63,697 bases of DNA, filler included, from Octopus bimaculoides (GCF_001194135.2; 4 parts of 4 records of this genome joined end to end with filler, not necessarily neighbours in it); one strand, 5' to 3'. Positions 15,192 to 27,760 are shown, numbered from the whole stretch's first letter. Program-made: numbers and translations. Notes: generated by a model from the sequence alone, not told the origin.

Positions 15192-15589
15192 ATGTATTTA
15201 CATGCCTGTGTGAGTGTTCACTGTCGCTTTGTAAATATGCATATAAAACATTTGATGTAACATAATTGAATGAAATAGTTTTATATTAAACTCTATTGAT
15301 AGCTGTGATGGGTGTGCTTTATACTTGACTTTCTTACTATTATTAATATTGTTTACTTTCTTGACCTTTTATATTCTTTCTAATTTAACTTTATATGCTA
15401 CATGTTGCGTTTTCTATCGGACTATCACCGGTTCAATCTACGTCTGACCTTCCTACTAAACTCAGCCAGTTAGATATACCTATTGTAGTGAAGTTACTAC
15501 TCGAAAGTTACCAATCTCTTTGCCATTCTCCTTCCTTCTTTCGCCCATTCGTGTATCGTCATGTTTATCATAAGTAACATTTTTACCTC

Positions 15590-15727
15590 TAATATTGGTT
15601 TCGAATTTTGGTACAAGGCCAGCAAGATCAGAGAAGGAGTGAGTCGATTACATCGACCCCAGTACTCAACTGGTACTTATCTTAGCAATCTTTGAAGGGG
15701 TGAAAGGCAAAGTTGACCTCGGCGGCA
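15590..15727 (-). mobile_element. SINE family A, 3' part
   Basis: Reverse complement of the central domain plus the CCTTGTACCAAAATT-type tail. Confidence 0.8.
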
Positions 15728-15769
15728 CATTTGCTGGTAATATTAATGTGTCTGAAGAATCCTTACCAC

Positions 15770-15998
15770 GGCGAGCTGGCAGAAACCTTATTGCGCCGGG
15801 CGAAATGCTTAGCGTTATTTCGTCTGCCGTTACGTTCTGAGTTCAAATTCCGCTGAGGTCGACTTTGCCTTTCATCCTTTCGGGGTTGATAAATTAAGTA
15901 CCAGTTAGGCTCTGGGGTCGATGTAATCGACTTAATCCTTTGTCTGTCCTTATTTGTCCCCTCTATGTTTAGCCCCCTTGCGGGCAATGAAGAAATAA
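15770..15998 (+). mobile_element. SINE family A, long-tail (Tx1-like tail) copy with 13-bp TSD
   Basis: Full head through ...TTTGTCCCCTCTATGTTTAGCCCCCTTGCGGGCAATGAAGAAATAA; flanked by GAATCCTTACCAC (15757-15769) and GTATCCTTACCAC (15999-16011). Confidence 0.9.
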
Positions 15999-16175
15999 GT
16001 ATCCTTACCACGCCTGGCAAAATGCTAAGTCAAATTTCGTCCGTCTTTCCGTTCTGAGTTCAAATGCCACCGAGGTCGACTTTGCTTTTATTTTTTTGGG
16101 CGCCAATGAAATAAGTACCAGTAAAACACTGGGGTCGATGTAACCGACTTAGCCCCTGCCTCCGAAACTGCTAAC
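15999..16175 (+). mobile_element. SINE family A host copy interrupted in its head
   Basis: Starts at the ...ATCCTTACCACGCCTGGC position of the family head, directly after the long-tail copy. Confidence 0.85.
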
Positions 16176-16621
16176 CCTTGAGCATGTGTTTCATGGCTGT
16201 AGGTTTCTAAACCCACCTATCTATATTTGTTAAATTACTTATTAAAAATTTATTTATTAAATCACTTTTAAGAATCTTTTTGTGAGGTGGAGATTCTGAT
16301 TCTTGATTATCTGTTTCTTTACTAGGCACTTTGTTGATGAACAGCAGATATAAACTATGCATTATTTACATTATTTACATTCGGCGGATATTTGTCCTCA
16401 TCTTGTTTGTTAACACAACATTTCGGCTGATATACTCTCCAGCCTTCTGGGGAGTATATCAGCCGAAATAATGTTAATAATGTTAATAATGCACATAATT
16501 CTTCATCTCTTAAATATAGAACTGTAAGATATAAACTATAATTTGAAAGAATGAGTGTGTTACAAATAGCCTAAATTTTTGTCATAACAATGATTGAAGT
16601 AATATTAGATATTTGAGATAA

Positions 16622-16835
16622 GGCGGCGAGCTGGCAGAATCGTTAGCATTCTGCACGAAACGCTTAGCAGCATTTTGCCCGTCGTTACGTTCTGAGTTTA
16701 AATTCTGCCGAGGTCGACTTTGCCTTTCATCCTTTCGGGGTCGATGAAGTAAGTACCAGTTACGCACAGGTGTCGATGAAATCGACTATCCCCCACCAAC
16801 ATTTAATGTATTGTACCTATAGTAGAAAAGATTAG
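16622..16835 (+). mobile_element. SINE family A, full-length copy
   Basis: GGCGGCGAGCTGGCAGAATCGTTAGC...GAGGTCGACTTTGCCTTTCATCCTTTCGGGGTCGAT...CCTATAGTAGAAAAGATT. Confidence 0.9.
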
Positions 16836-17576
16836 ATAGTTGAGGTGTCTATTAAACCATCGGCAGCAAAGAGTTGCAAATATTTTACGTGAACCAGACA
16901 GTATAAGAGCTGAAAGTACTGGTATGAACGAAAGCAAAATTATTCCGGAGCAGAATGAATAAGGACTTCAGAGACATAATGTTGCTGTTGCAATTGCTTC
17001 TGTCGCTGTCGTTGTTACTATTTTTGTTGTTATTATTGCTGTTGTTGTTGTTGATATTATTTAACCCCTGTTGTTTCTGATTACTGGCACAGATTTATTT
17101 CTATGGCTAAGAGCTTTGCATCCATGTGGCTTTCATTTAGATATGTGTCCTGGTAAGTATTTTCCACCATAGCGTCGTGTCGACTGAAGCATTGTGGAGT
17201 GAAATTTTGGATAGAAACAACAACGCCTGGCACTCCATTGGTTACGACTATAACTCTTCCGGTTGATTCGATCAACCGAAAAGCCTTCCCAGTCCACTCA
17301 CCAGTAAATGGGTAACCCTGCTACGGACTAGCCTTCCGATCAAACCGGTATTATGTGATTGCCTTTCTAAAGTGGCTAGAAGTGGCTTCTCCTTGAGCCG
17401 CTAGGTACAAATTAAAGGAGAAATGAAAAGGCAAATGGTTTGGCAAGATTTGGTAAGGACATTTAATTTAGCTAAACAATACTAAAACACGACGATTTAG
17501 TAGAAGACACTTGCCCAGAACCCAGAACCCAGAACCATGTTGCTGGGAAGAAAAGTGTTTACTACTCAGTCACGCC

Positions 17577-17615
<39 letters not shown>

Positions 17616-17830
17616 NNNNNNNNNNNNNNNNNNNNNNNNNNNNNNNNNNNNNNNNNNNNNNNNNNNNNNNNNNNNNNNNNNNNNNNNNNNNNNNNNNNNN
17701 NNNNNNNNNNNNNNNNNNNNNNNNNNNNNNNNNNNNNNNNNNNNNNNNNNNNNNNNNNNNNNNNNNNNNNNNNNNNNNNNNNNNNNNNNNNNNNNNNNNN
17801 NNNNNNNNNNNNNNNNNNNNNNNNNNNNNN

Positions 17831-17868
<38 letters not shown>

Positions 17869-18799
17869 TATATATGTATGTATGTAAATGCGTATGTATG
17901 TGTATGTATGTGTATGAGTGTGTGTATGTATATTCGTGCACACCCACATAATATATAATAATGTGCACAATACAATATACTAATATATTTATATCCAGTA
18001 AACAACTTATACCCAGAGCTCCGCGACACTGTATAACAACAATCCTTAAACACAAGCAACATGTAAACAATGCAAATAAATAAACAAAAGAATAACTAAG
18101 TCATGTTTTCCTGTTTCCCATATATCTATATATAGTAAAGAATCAATAACGCACAACAAATGGAACTCTTCAAATTGAAGGAAAGAAAAATATGACACTG
18201 TTAAATGCAGTCCTCATTGTTTCATCCATCAAGTTTGTATATTTACCAAATCAATCACATTTCAAAATAGAATAGTATTTATCTCATTGCTTGAGTTAGC
18301 TGGGGAGGGTAAAAACAAAAAAAAACAAAACAAAACAAAAACTGATGGGATATCGCAATAAATGTATGAAGCATGACGTTTTGAGTTATTGCTTCATCGA
18401 ACTTGATGCAGGCAGCAAGAGGATAGTTTGCCAACTTCGTAGCTTTGTTAAACATTTTGTTAGCCTTGTATTGTTAAATGTTGCTGACATTATTAAGCCT
18501 TCGTATAATATAGATTTTTTTTATAATCTCTCCTCTTATCTCTCTTTCTTTCAACCTCCTCCTCCTCTCTCTCTCTCTCCCTCTCTCCCGTCACTTTCTC
18601 CTTCTCTCTTTCTCATTGTTGCAGTTGATGTTATTGAGAATCATGATATCACTGCAAGACTCCATATCATTGCTAGATTATATACCTTGTTATACTTCAT
18701 GTAATTGCTGTATTTCGGAACATTATTACAACTCATTTCGCGCTAACTTTCTTTGCTTTCTTAGATTTCATAACACAGACTTGTTTGCTTATTGCATTT

Positions 18800-20400
18800 A
18801 TTCAAAGAGTGCATTGTTTTATTGTTTCAATTATTCTATAGTCCCAAAATCAATTCTGAATGAACAAACTTATGACACATAGGTTGTCAGTCAAACAGAC
18901 ATTTACTAGTCTCAGACCACCATCTCCGAATATACCACCCTGCTGCACATTCTGACATGTAGTATGACAGCCGAACAACTGAGTTTGCTTTTGTACGCTT
19001 GCAGATTTTTCGTGGCTATAACAGCCGCAATAAGTTGGAGTCAGTTGTGGCCAACAATTGTCGTTCCTCTTCACTTAGTAGCATGCACCAGTACAATGAT
19101 TGGAGATAATATGTTTATTGATGCAACTGCTATAGCTATGCACATGCTGAATTTTATTCGTCTGGATAAAGTGGAAGCGCTTTTAGGATGACATTGTAGC
19201 AGTGTCCTTTGTGTGTCTTTTGGCTGGGATAATTCTTCGTGCAGTATAAGGAGCTGTGAATGTTTTTAAGATTGCTACTGCCATAAACTACTCTTCTGCA
19301 TGTTCGTATGATCTTTTCTTTTACGTATTTTCTCTTCGTTGTATAGTTGTTTTGTGTGTTATGGTCTGCGAGTCACAGATGATGAGATTAAGCGCATTCA
19401 TTACTGGCCATATTTTTTATTCATTTATTTATTTCCAGTCCTCTGCAGGACTGTCATAATCTTTCATAGATATAATCTTTACTGGATTCAGCCATTCGTT
19501 TCACAGTTGTTGATTCTTTATGTAGACCAAATGTGCTATCTGTAAGTGCTCTAACTGCGCGTGCGTTGGTTTTCATTTTTTTTAAAATATCGTCTGTGAA
19601 TGCTTTGAATGTCAAGAAAGTGTTGTATGTAGCTCCTACTATCTTTTGTCTTCAGTGCGCATGTGGTAAACTTATTTCACTAATTACGTTTACTTGGTTG
19701 TTGAATTTGATTTTCCTCTTGTGTTACTTTCTAGAAGACGGATTTGGTAGGTGCTGCTTTAAGACCTTATTTATTTTTTATTTAGTCAGGTTTGTGGATG
19801 ATAAATCAACATGTGCAGAAAGTGTGCCACTGTGTTTGGAGAATTAAAAGCTATTTTTTGGGAAGCTGATTTCTTATTGATAAATTGAAAGAAACTGTGC
19901 CACTGTGTTTGAAGAATCGTAGGAATATGTGACAGGGATCGTATCATCATATGAGGATGGATGATTTCACGATATGCGCAAAAAATCGTAAAGATATAAT
20001 TTTAATAGTGTAGGTGAGAGAAGAGATCTTTGTAGCGTTCCATTAGGGGAAAGTAAATTCTTGATATCTTTTCTGTATGGTTAGCTGAAAAATAGGTTGA
20101 TATATTCGTTTTTTGTTGCTTTTTAAATAGGTGTTGAGTAGTATCGTGTATATATAAGTTATATATAAGTCGAATACTCTATTCGTATCGGTTATATTTA
20201 AAAACAGAGCGTGCAAGAGAAATTTTACATTGCTTTAGTTATAAATTTATATTTAAAGTTTGTCACTTTTGTGTTGGTTGATAGTAGGCTTGAAAGGAGA
20301 ATGTATAGGGATGTGAAATAATGCTTAAGATATTAAAGAAAATTTGAGGTAGACATGGGAGTGTTGTTTTGGGGAGGAGCAACAGCTTGCGCAGTGGATT
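18800..20400 (-). mobile_element. Possible highly decayed Penelope-like element
   Basis: Only faint, frame-broken similarity to RT, post-RT and GIY-YIG motifs in collinear order on the minus strand; needs a translated HMM search. Confidence 0.25.
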
Positions 20401-20453
20401 TATTATTATTATTTTATTTTTTTGTAGGGATTTTAAATGATTATGATTAAGCT

Positions 20454-20526
20454 GGCCGCGTGGCCTAATGGATAAGGTGTCTGACTTCGAATCAGAAGAT
20501 TGCGAGTTCGAGTCTCGTCGCGGTCG
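20454..20526 (+). tRNA. tRNA-Arg(TCG): tRNA-Arg, anticodon TCG, apparently intact
   Basis: 73 nt GGCCGCG...CGCGGTC-G folds as a full cloverleaf: acceptor GGCCGCG/CGCGGTC, D stem GCCT/AGGT, anticodon stem TCTGA/TCAGA around CT-TCG-AA, T stem GCGAG/CTCGT with loop TTCGAGT. A and B boxes are intact and a TTTT Pol III terminator follows 7 nt downstream. Body matches the metazoan tRNA-Arg-TCG family. Confidence 0.97.
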
Positions 20527-20540
20527 AATACTCTTTTAAT

Positions 20541-20702
20541 AGGTGCAGGAGTAGCTGTGTAGTAAATAGCTTGCTTACCAAGCACATGGTTCCGGGTTCA
20601 GTTCCACTGCGTGGCACCTTGGGCAATTGTCTTCTACAATAGCCTCGCGCCGACCAAAGCCTTGTGAGTGGATTTGGTTGACGGAAACTGAANNNNNNNN
20701 NN

Positions 20703-20734
<32 letters not shown>

Positions 20735-20945
20735 TGTGTGTTTGTGTGTCTGTGTTTGTCCCCCCACCATCGCATGACAACCGATGCTGGTGTGTTTACG
20801 TCCACGTAGCCTAGCGGTTCGGAAAAAAGAGACCGATAGAATAAGTACTAGGCTTACAAATAATAAGTCCTGGGGTCGATTTTCTCGACTAAAAGCGGTG
20901 ATCCAGCATGGCCGCAGTCAAATGACTGAAACAAGTAAAAGAGTA
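20541..20945 (+). mobile_element. tRNA-derived SINE family B, full-length, with internal microsatellite
   Basis: Head GGTGCAGGAGTAGCTGTGT...GGGTTCAGTTCCACTGCG, CORE-like CACCTTGGGCAA, internal (TA)n(TG)n, then CGATAGAATAAGTAC...CTGGGGTCGAT and tail CAGCATGGCCGCAGTCAAATGACTGAAACAAGTAAAAG; reverse copy at 61905-62278. Confidence 0.9.
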
Positions 20946-22805
20946 AGCTAAGGTTACAAATTTTGTGTTTCATTGCTAGACAGATTTCGTTATTTAATAT
21001 ATCGTTGCTTTGAAAAGGCATCTGAGTAACAGCGACATCTGCCGTTACATCATATTAATCTTCTGATCACCAATATCAATGAATTCTTTACATTCTACTT
21101 GTCAGTAACATTCATCTAATCCTCCCCAGCTTTTTTCCTTCGGAAATCAACCTACTGAACTTTATACTTTATAATATGATTTGGTGTACAAATATATTTA
21201 AACTAAGATTCTTCAACACAAAAGCCATGTTTCGTTATATGTTTCTTAATGTCCAGTTTTCTCATATCCAAGCGACATTTGTTACACGCGAGAAAGAAAC
21301 TTTTATTTCACATGGTACTTCATACGACCTTAGTATGACGATGAGAAAATGTCATCCTATACTTCTCTGCAAATGGATTCTGCGCCAGTCACTAACATCT
21401 GCTATACTTCAATTTTTAGTTATTTATCTTTCTGTTTTTTATTGTTATAGATGCTATTGCTGTTCTAGTACTGGTGACAGATATTTTATAGTTGTATTTG
21501 TTATCGCTTTTGTATTGCCAACTGTTATTGTAATGTTTACTCGTTCTATTATTGTTGGGTTACTTGGAGCAGCTCTGCTTGAAAATGTTCTCTGACGTGG
21601 AAATAGTTGTTGAATGAAACAATCACTCTCTGTTTTAGTCAAGCAAGTTCCTTAATTATCATGGAACATAATTACACAAAGATTATTTGTGTGGCGCATA
21701 ATGTTATAAAAATTAAATATAATGACTTGTGCTCTTTTAAAAATCGTTGGGAATTAGTTGAAATAGATTTAACAACCGTATCAGCCAGAGTTACGACATT
21801 AACACTCCTTTATCGAATAGATGAAAACAATGTCTATCGATTAAGAATATCGAAGTTCTTTGTGAACTAAATCCGTCTCTCAGTTTGGATTGTTTAAGAT
21901 TTGAACAATCAGAACTTAGCTTTTGAATTATATTTATTGTTTGTAAAGATATGATCATCAATACTTCTGCTTTCTTCTCTTTCATAAATGTCTGGCTTTG
22001 TGCCAATATAAAAGTATTACTATTTCAATAGAACAAATAGTCTGTTGGAACTAACAGAGAGAGTTGGAAGTTGACCATATTTAGGTGAATGAAATATATA
22101 ATGAATCGATATTAGATCGGGAAACCAGTGTCTTGACCATTCCACTGTCCTTGTTAACGTATCTGTGAGCTGTTCAGTGGTTCTCATTCACAGGCAGGTA
22201 CCAAGCAAGAATTATAGAACCAACAGGAGAACTTGTAAGCAATTACTCAGCCTGCCAGAAGTAGCGATCAAATGTATACTAAATCGTACACAGCAAACGA
22301 AGGGCACATTGTAAATTTAATAACATGGCAGTAAAGAAGTCTGGTCATAGATATGTTTCTCAAACCTAACACTAAAGAGCAACAATAAATAAAACATCTG
22401 CAGATAAATAAAACGGCATGGAGCGGTATCCAGGTGAAAATATGATAGGACTATGAACTGAAGAATGTTTTGTTAAATCGAAATCTGGGTTAAAATCTTC
22501 TATTGAGGGAAATTTTAGGTCAACTGGACATGTATATTCTATGTAGACGAATCCTTCAAATACTGCCATAAGGAGACGCTATTCGTTTGTAGTAGTTTGT
22601 TATTCTTTCTCGTATTTCTGCTACAGGCTTGCCTTCAAAGGTTTACTTAAGAACAATCATAGTACAATGCCTGTACCCGCAGTCGATGTTTTCCCCATGG
22701 TCATTGGCATAGCAATACTAAAAGGACACGAACACTTAACCTCTTGGTTAGCGGCCGTGTTCCTTCGTTACACAAGTATTTGGTATTATTTTTACAACCA
22801 CTAAA

Positions 22806-23611
22806 GCGGTGAGCTGGCAGAATCGTTGGGAGAAACGTTAGCACGCCGGGCGAAATACTTAGCGGTATTTCGTCTGCCGCTACGCTCTGAGTTCAAATTC
22901 CACCGAGGTCGACTTTGCCTTTCATTCTTTCGGAGTCGATAAATTAAGTACCAGTTACGCACTGGGGTCGATGTAATCGACTTAATCCCCTTATCTGTCT
23001 TTGTTTGTCCCCTCTATGTTTAGCCCCTTGTGAGCAATAAAGAAATTAGAATCCTTACCGCGCCTGGCAAAATGCTAAGTCAAATTTCGTCCGTCTTTCT
23101 GTTCTTAGTTCAAATTCCGCCGAGGTTGACTTTGCTTTTAATCTTTTGGGGGCCGATGAAATAAGTACCAGTAAAACACTGGGGTCGATGTAACGGACTT
23201 AACCCCTGCCTCCGAAATTGCTAGGCCTTGTGTCAAAATTTGAAACCATTATTCATGTGCATCTGTGTGTGTATGTGTTTCATAGTAGTAGGTTTCTAAA
23301 CCTACCTATCTATATTCGCACTGCGGTCGATGTAATAGACTTAATCCCTTTGTCTGTCCTTGTTTGTTCCGTCTATGTTTAACCTCTTGTGGGCAATAAA
23401 GAAATAAGAATCGTTAGCACGCCGGGCAAAATGCTTAAAGGTATTTCGTCTGTCCTTATATTCTGAGTTCAAATTCCGTCGAGGTTGACTTAGCCTTCCA
23501 TCCTTTGGGGATCGATAAATTGAGTACCATTGAAACATTGGGGTCGATGTAATCGACTAGTCTCCTCTCCCACCAAATTTCAGGCCTTGTGCCTATAGTA
23601 GTAAGGATCAT
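22806..23611 (+). mobile_element. Nested cluster of four SINE family A segments
   Basis: Host head 22806-22829, long-tail copy 22830-23048, host remainder 23049-23250, 5'-truncated long-tail copy 23317-23407, headless host 23408-23611. Confidence 0.9.
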
Positions 23612-24123
23612 TTTTAGTACCACTACTTTGCTAGTTAATCGTAAACACAACGGTTGCTTCTTGTAAGGTTAAGGGCTGAAAGAAATAGAGCGAACAGCAT
23701 GGCCATATATTGCTCCTCGAGTGCACAAATTATACTGCAAAGTAGGAAATCGAATATATCCAACGTGCTTTCTATAAGAGAAAAATTAAATATTCATATT
23801 GACAATAAAATTGGCTGGATATTCGGAAGAAAAGAAGCTGGTGGAAGTTTAACCTGATAGTAACAAAGTAATATCACTGACATGAAGCGTGCTCCTTTAT
23901 ATATATATATATATATATATATANNNNNNNNNNNNNNNNNNNNNNNNNNNNNNNNNNNNNNNNNNNNNNNNNNNNNNNNNNNNNNNNNNNNNNNNNNNNN
24001 NNNNNNNNNNNNNNNNNNNNNNNNNNNNNNNNNNNNNNNNNNNNNNNNNNNNNNNNNNNNNNNNNNNNNNNNNNNNNNNNNNNNNNNNNNNNNNNNNNNN
24101 NNNNNNNNNNNNNNNNNNNNNNN

Positions 24124-24165
<42 letters not shown>

Positions 24166-24254
24166 TATATTATACATTTACACACACATATAAACCCATA
24201 TATGTATAAACTCATATACTTGTATACCTACACATATACGTATGTGCACTCATT

Positions 24255-24285
<31 letters not shown>

Positions 24286-24572
24286 GTGTGTGTAGGAAGT
24301 TGTGATGTGCTTCAAGAGACGATACAGTCTTTTCCCTTCATTTTTCCATTAACATCCTTTCAACTTTTTTTTTCCTTCTAAAAATCTCCAACACTGGAGC
24401 AATCTAAAAGACACGCAAGAGATATTAAACGTTAGAAATCTTATACTTCGGCTAATCTTTTATCACTTCAATGATTTGGGGTATATAAGTATTTGTGTGG
24501 ATGAAAATATATAGTATGTGTGTGTGTATCCGTATATATGTGTGTGTATGTGTGTGCGTATGTGTGTGTATG

Positions 24573-24606
<34 letters not shown>

Positions 24607-26283
24607 AGTGTGTGTGTGTGTGCGTGTGTGTGTATGCTTATATTTATGTATAAAATATATGTAGAAGCAAACAGATAAGAGGGCGAGAGAAACAGAGAGA
24701 CAGACAGACAGACAGACAGGCAGGCAGGCAGATAGATAGATAAATAGATAGATAGATAAATAGATAGATAGACAAACAGATAGATAGATGCATACATACA
24801 AACATACGTACATGTATACATTACATTCATATATACATACATATATACGTACATATATTCATACGTATGTACACTGTCTACAAATTTGTGTGTTAAAAAG
24901 GTGAAATAAAATATAAAAGTGCAAAAAAATTAAATAACAAATACACATATCATACACAGATATAAACACATATCGGACTGTATATATATATATATATNNN
25001 NNNNNNNNNNNNNNNNNNNNNNNNNNNNNNNNNNNNNNNNNNNNNNNNNNNNNNNNNNNNNNNNNNNNNNNNNNNNNNNNNNNNNNNNNNNNNNNNNNNN
25101 NNNNNNNNNNNNNNNNNNNNNNNNNNNNNNNNNNNNNNNNNNNNNNNNNNNNNNNNNNNNNNNNNNNNNNNNNNNNNNNNNNNNNNNNNNNNNNNNNNNN
25201 NNNNNNNNNNNNNNNNNNNNNNNNNNNNNNNNNNNNNNNNNNNNNNNNNNNNNNNNNNNNNNNNNNNNNNNNNNNNNNNNNNNNNNNNNNNNNNNNNNNN
25301 NNNNNNNNNNNNNNNNNNNNNNNNNNNNNNNNNNNNNNNNNNNNNNNNNNNNNNNNNNNNNNNNNNNNNNNNNNNNNNNNNNNNNNNNNNNNNNNNNNNN
25401 NNNNNNNNNNNNNNNNNNNNNNNNNNNNNNNNNNNNNNNNNNNNNNNNNNNNNNNNNNNNNNNNNNNNNNNNNNNNNNNNNNNNNNNNNNNNNNNNNNNN
25501 NNNNNNNNNNNNNNNNNNNNNNNNNNNNNNNNNNNNNNNNNNNNNNNNNNNNNNNNNNNNNNNNNNNNNNNNNNNNNNNNNNNNNNNNNNNNNNNNNNNN
25601 NNNNNNNNNNNNNNNNNNNNNNNNNNNNNNNNNNNNNNNNNNNNNNNNNNNNNNNNNNNNNNNNNNNNNNNNNNNNNNNNNNNNNNNNNNNNNNNNNNNN
25701 NNNNNNNNNNNNNNNNNNNNNNNNNNNNNNNNNNNNNNNNNNNNNNNNNNNNNNNNNNNNNNNNNNNNNNNNNNNNNNNNNNNNNNNNNNNNNNNNNNNN
25801 NNNNNNNNNNNNNNNNNNNNNNNNNNNNNNNNNNNNNNNNNNNNNNNNNNNNNNNNNNNNNNNNNNNNNNNNNNNNNNNNNNATATATATACATCTGCAT
25901 AAATGGATACAGGACGTCACCAACAGTAAACAACATGAAATACGAAAATAAATTAGTTCAATACACAAACAACGAGAGAAACAAATAGAAAACAGGACAA
26001 GTAACATAAAGATCGACCCTTCATCAGTTGTCGGCTGCCTATCTACTTTTCATTTTGAACACACACCACACGCGCGCGCACGCGCACACACACACACACA
26101 CACACTCACACACAAATATATATACATAGCACGGGCGCCGCTTCGAACGCCGCAGGTCAATCAACAGCATGCTTATAGTTATTTTTTTTTCTTTGTGACA
26201 TCCACAGTATTGTGCATCAACAATTCTTCTCCCAGGGCGAGACCGTCGCTCGAGAGTACTACTAAGTACTAAATACTACAAAG

Positions 26284-26493
26284 CCGAGGTCGACTTTGCC
26301 TTTCATCATCAGGATCGATAAATTAAGTACTAGGGAAACACTGGCGTCGATGTAATCGACCAGTCCCCTCACCCCAAATTTCAGGCTTTGCGCCTTTAGT
26401 AGAAGGGGTTATTATTATAATTATCGTTGTTATTATTATTATTATTATTGAGTGAGAGAGCAGTGCATGCCATCAAAGTGACACTGGGGTAAA

Positions 26494-26563
<70 letters not shown>

Positions 26564-26740
26564 GTCATCGTTGTCGTTGTTGTTGTTGTTGTTGTTGTTG
26601 TTGCAATCATCATTATTTTAGTGGCGAGCTGTCAGAATCCTTAGCAGTATTTCCTCCGTCTGCGTTGAAATTTCGCTGAGGTCGATTTTCCTTTCATTCT
26701 TTCGGGATCGATTGAAGTACCAGTTGAGTACTGGGGTCAA
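26284..26740 (+). mobile_element. Two SINE family A copies flanking a (TTA)n/(TTG)n tract
   Basis: 5'-truncated copy 26284-26412; diverged copy from 26620 (GTGGCGAGCTGTCAGAATCC). Confidence 0.75.
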
Positions 26741-27081
26741 AGAAATATTATCTAAAGTACGTGTGCCTTTTAATCATGAAGTAAACCTGGTAATTACTTC
26801 AGTTAATTAAAATCGAAATTATCTGCCTTCACTTAGATGTCAAAGTAATGTGTACACATGACATGCGCAGGAGTTGCACAAGTTTTTAAATGTGATTGCA
26901 GCGTGAATGCCAAAGGTTAGCCATTCAGAAACTCAGCAAGACTGTCAACTTAGCTCTAACATTTATTTGTAATATGGTGTCAAGTTTGCATCCCCCGAAA
27001 CTGCGACCTGTTCACTGACAAAAAAATTCTGTTGCATCATTTTTTTTATGTATAATATAATGATTATTTTTCTACTCTAAG

Positions 27082-27400
27082 GGGAGGAGGCCAATCGATT
27101 AGATCGATCCCAGTTCACAACTGGTACTTAATTTATCGACCTCGAAAGGATGAAAAGCAAAGTCTCGGTGGAAGTTGAACTCAGAACGTAAAGACATACC
27201 GCTGGCAGAATCGTTAGCAAGCCGGATGAAATGCTTTACGGCATTTCGTACGTCTTCATGTTCTGAGTTCAAATTCCGCCCAGGTCGATTTTGCTTTTCA
27301 TCCTTTCGGGGTCGATACGGTGAGTACCAGTTGAGTACTGGAGTGCATGTAAGCCACATGCCCTCTCACCCGAAATTGTTAGACTTGAGCGAAAATTTGA
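27082..27400. mobile_element. Head-to-head SINE family A fragments
   Basis: Minus-strand central domain 27082-27195 abuts a plus-strand copy starting GCTGGCAGAATCGTTAGC at about 27199. Confidence 0.8.
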
Positions 27401-27529
27401 ATTCAATGGATAGACAGCAGCTAAAATAATGTAGCCAATTAACGGAAGTAAACTTATACACACACACGCACATACACACACATATATATATATATATGTA
27501 TTTTTATATATATATTGCGTGTGTATCTA

Positions 27530-27760
27530 TGTGTGTGAGACTTTGTGTCTGTGTGTGAGACACTGTGTCATGACAACCAGTGTAGGTGTGTTTATGTCCC
27601 CGTAACCTAGTGGTTCGGCAAAAGAGAAAGATAGAATAAGTATTAAGCTTAAGAAAATAAATTCTGGGGTCAATTTGTTCGACTAAAACCATTCAAGGTG
27701 ATGCTCCAGCATGGCTGCAGCCAAATGACTGAAACAAGTAAAAGAATAAAAGAATATTGA
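27530..27760 (+). mobile_element. SINE family B, 3' half
   Basis: CATGACAACCAGTGTAGGTGTGTTTATGTCCCCGTAACCTAG...CAGCATGGCTGCAGCCAAATGACTGAAACAAGTAAAAG. Confidence 0.85.

Noticed and set aside
25895-26045. Minus-strand CTGATGA motifs (26020 and 9225) as hammerheads
   Set aside because: No GAAA after the putative stem II and no stem I or stem III.
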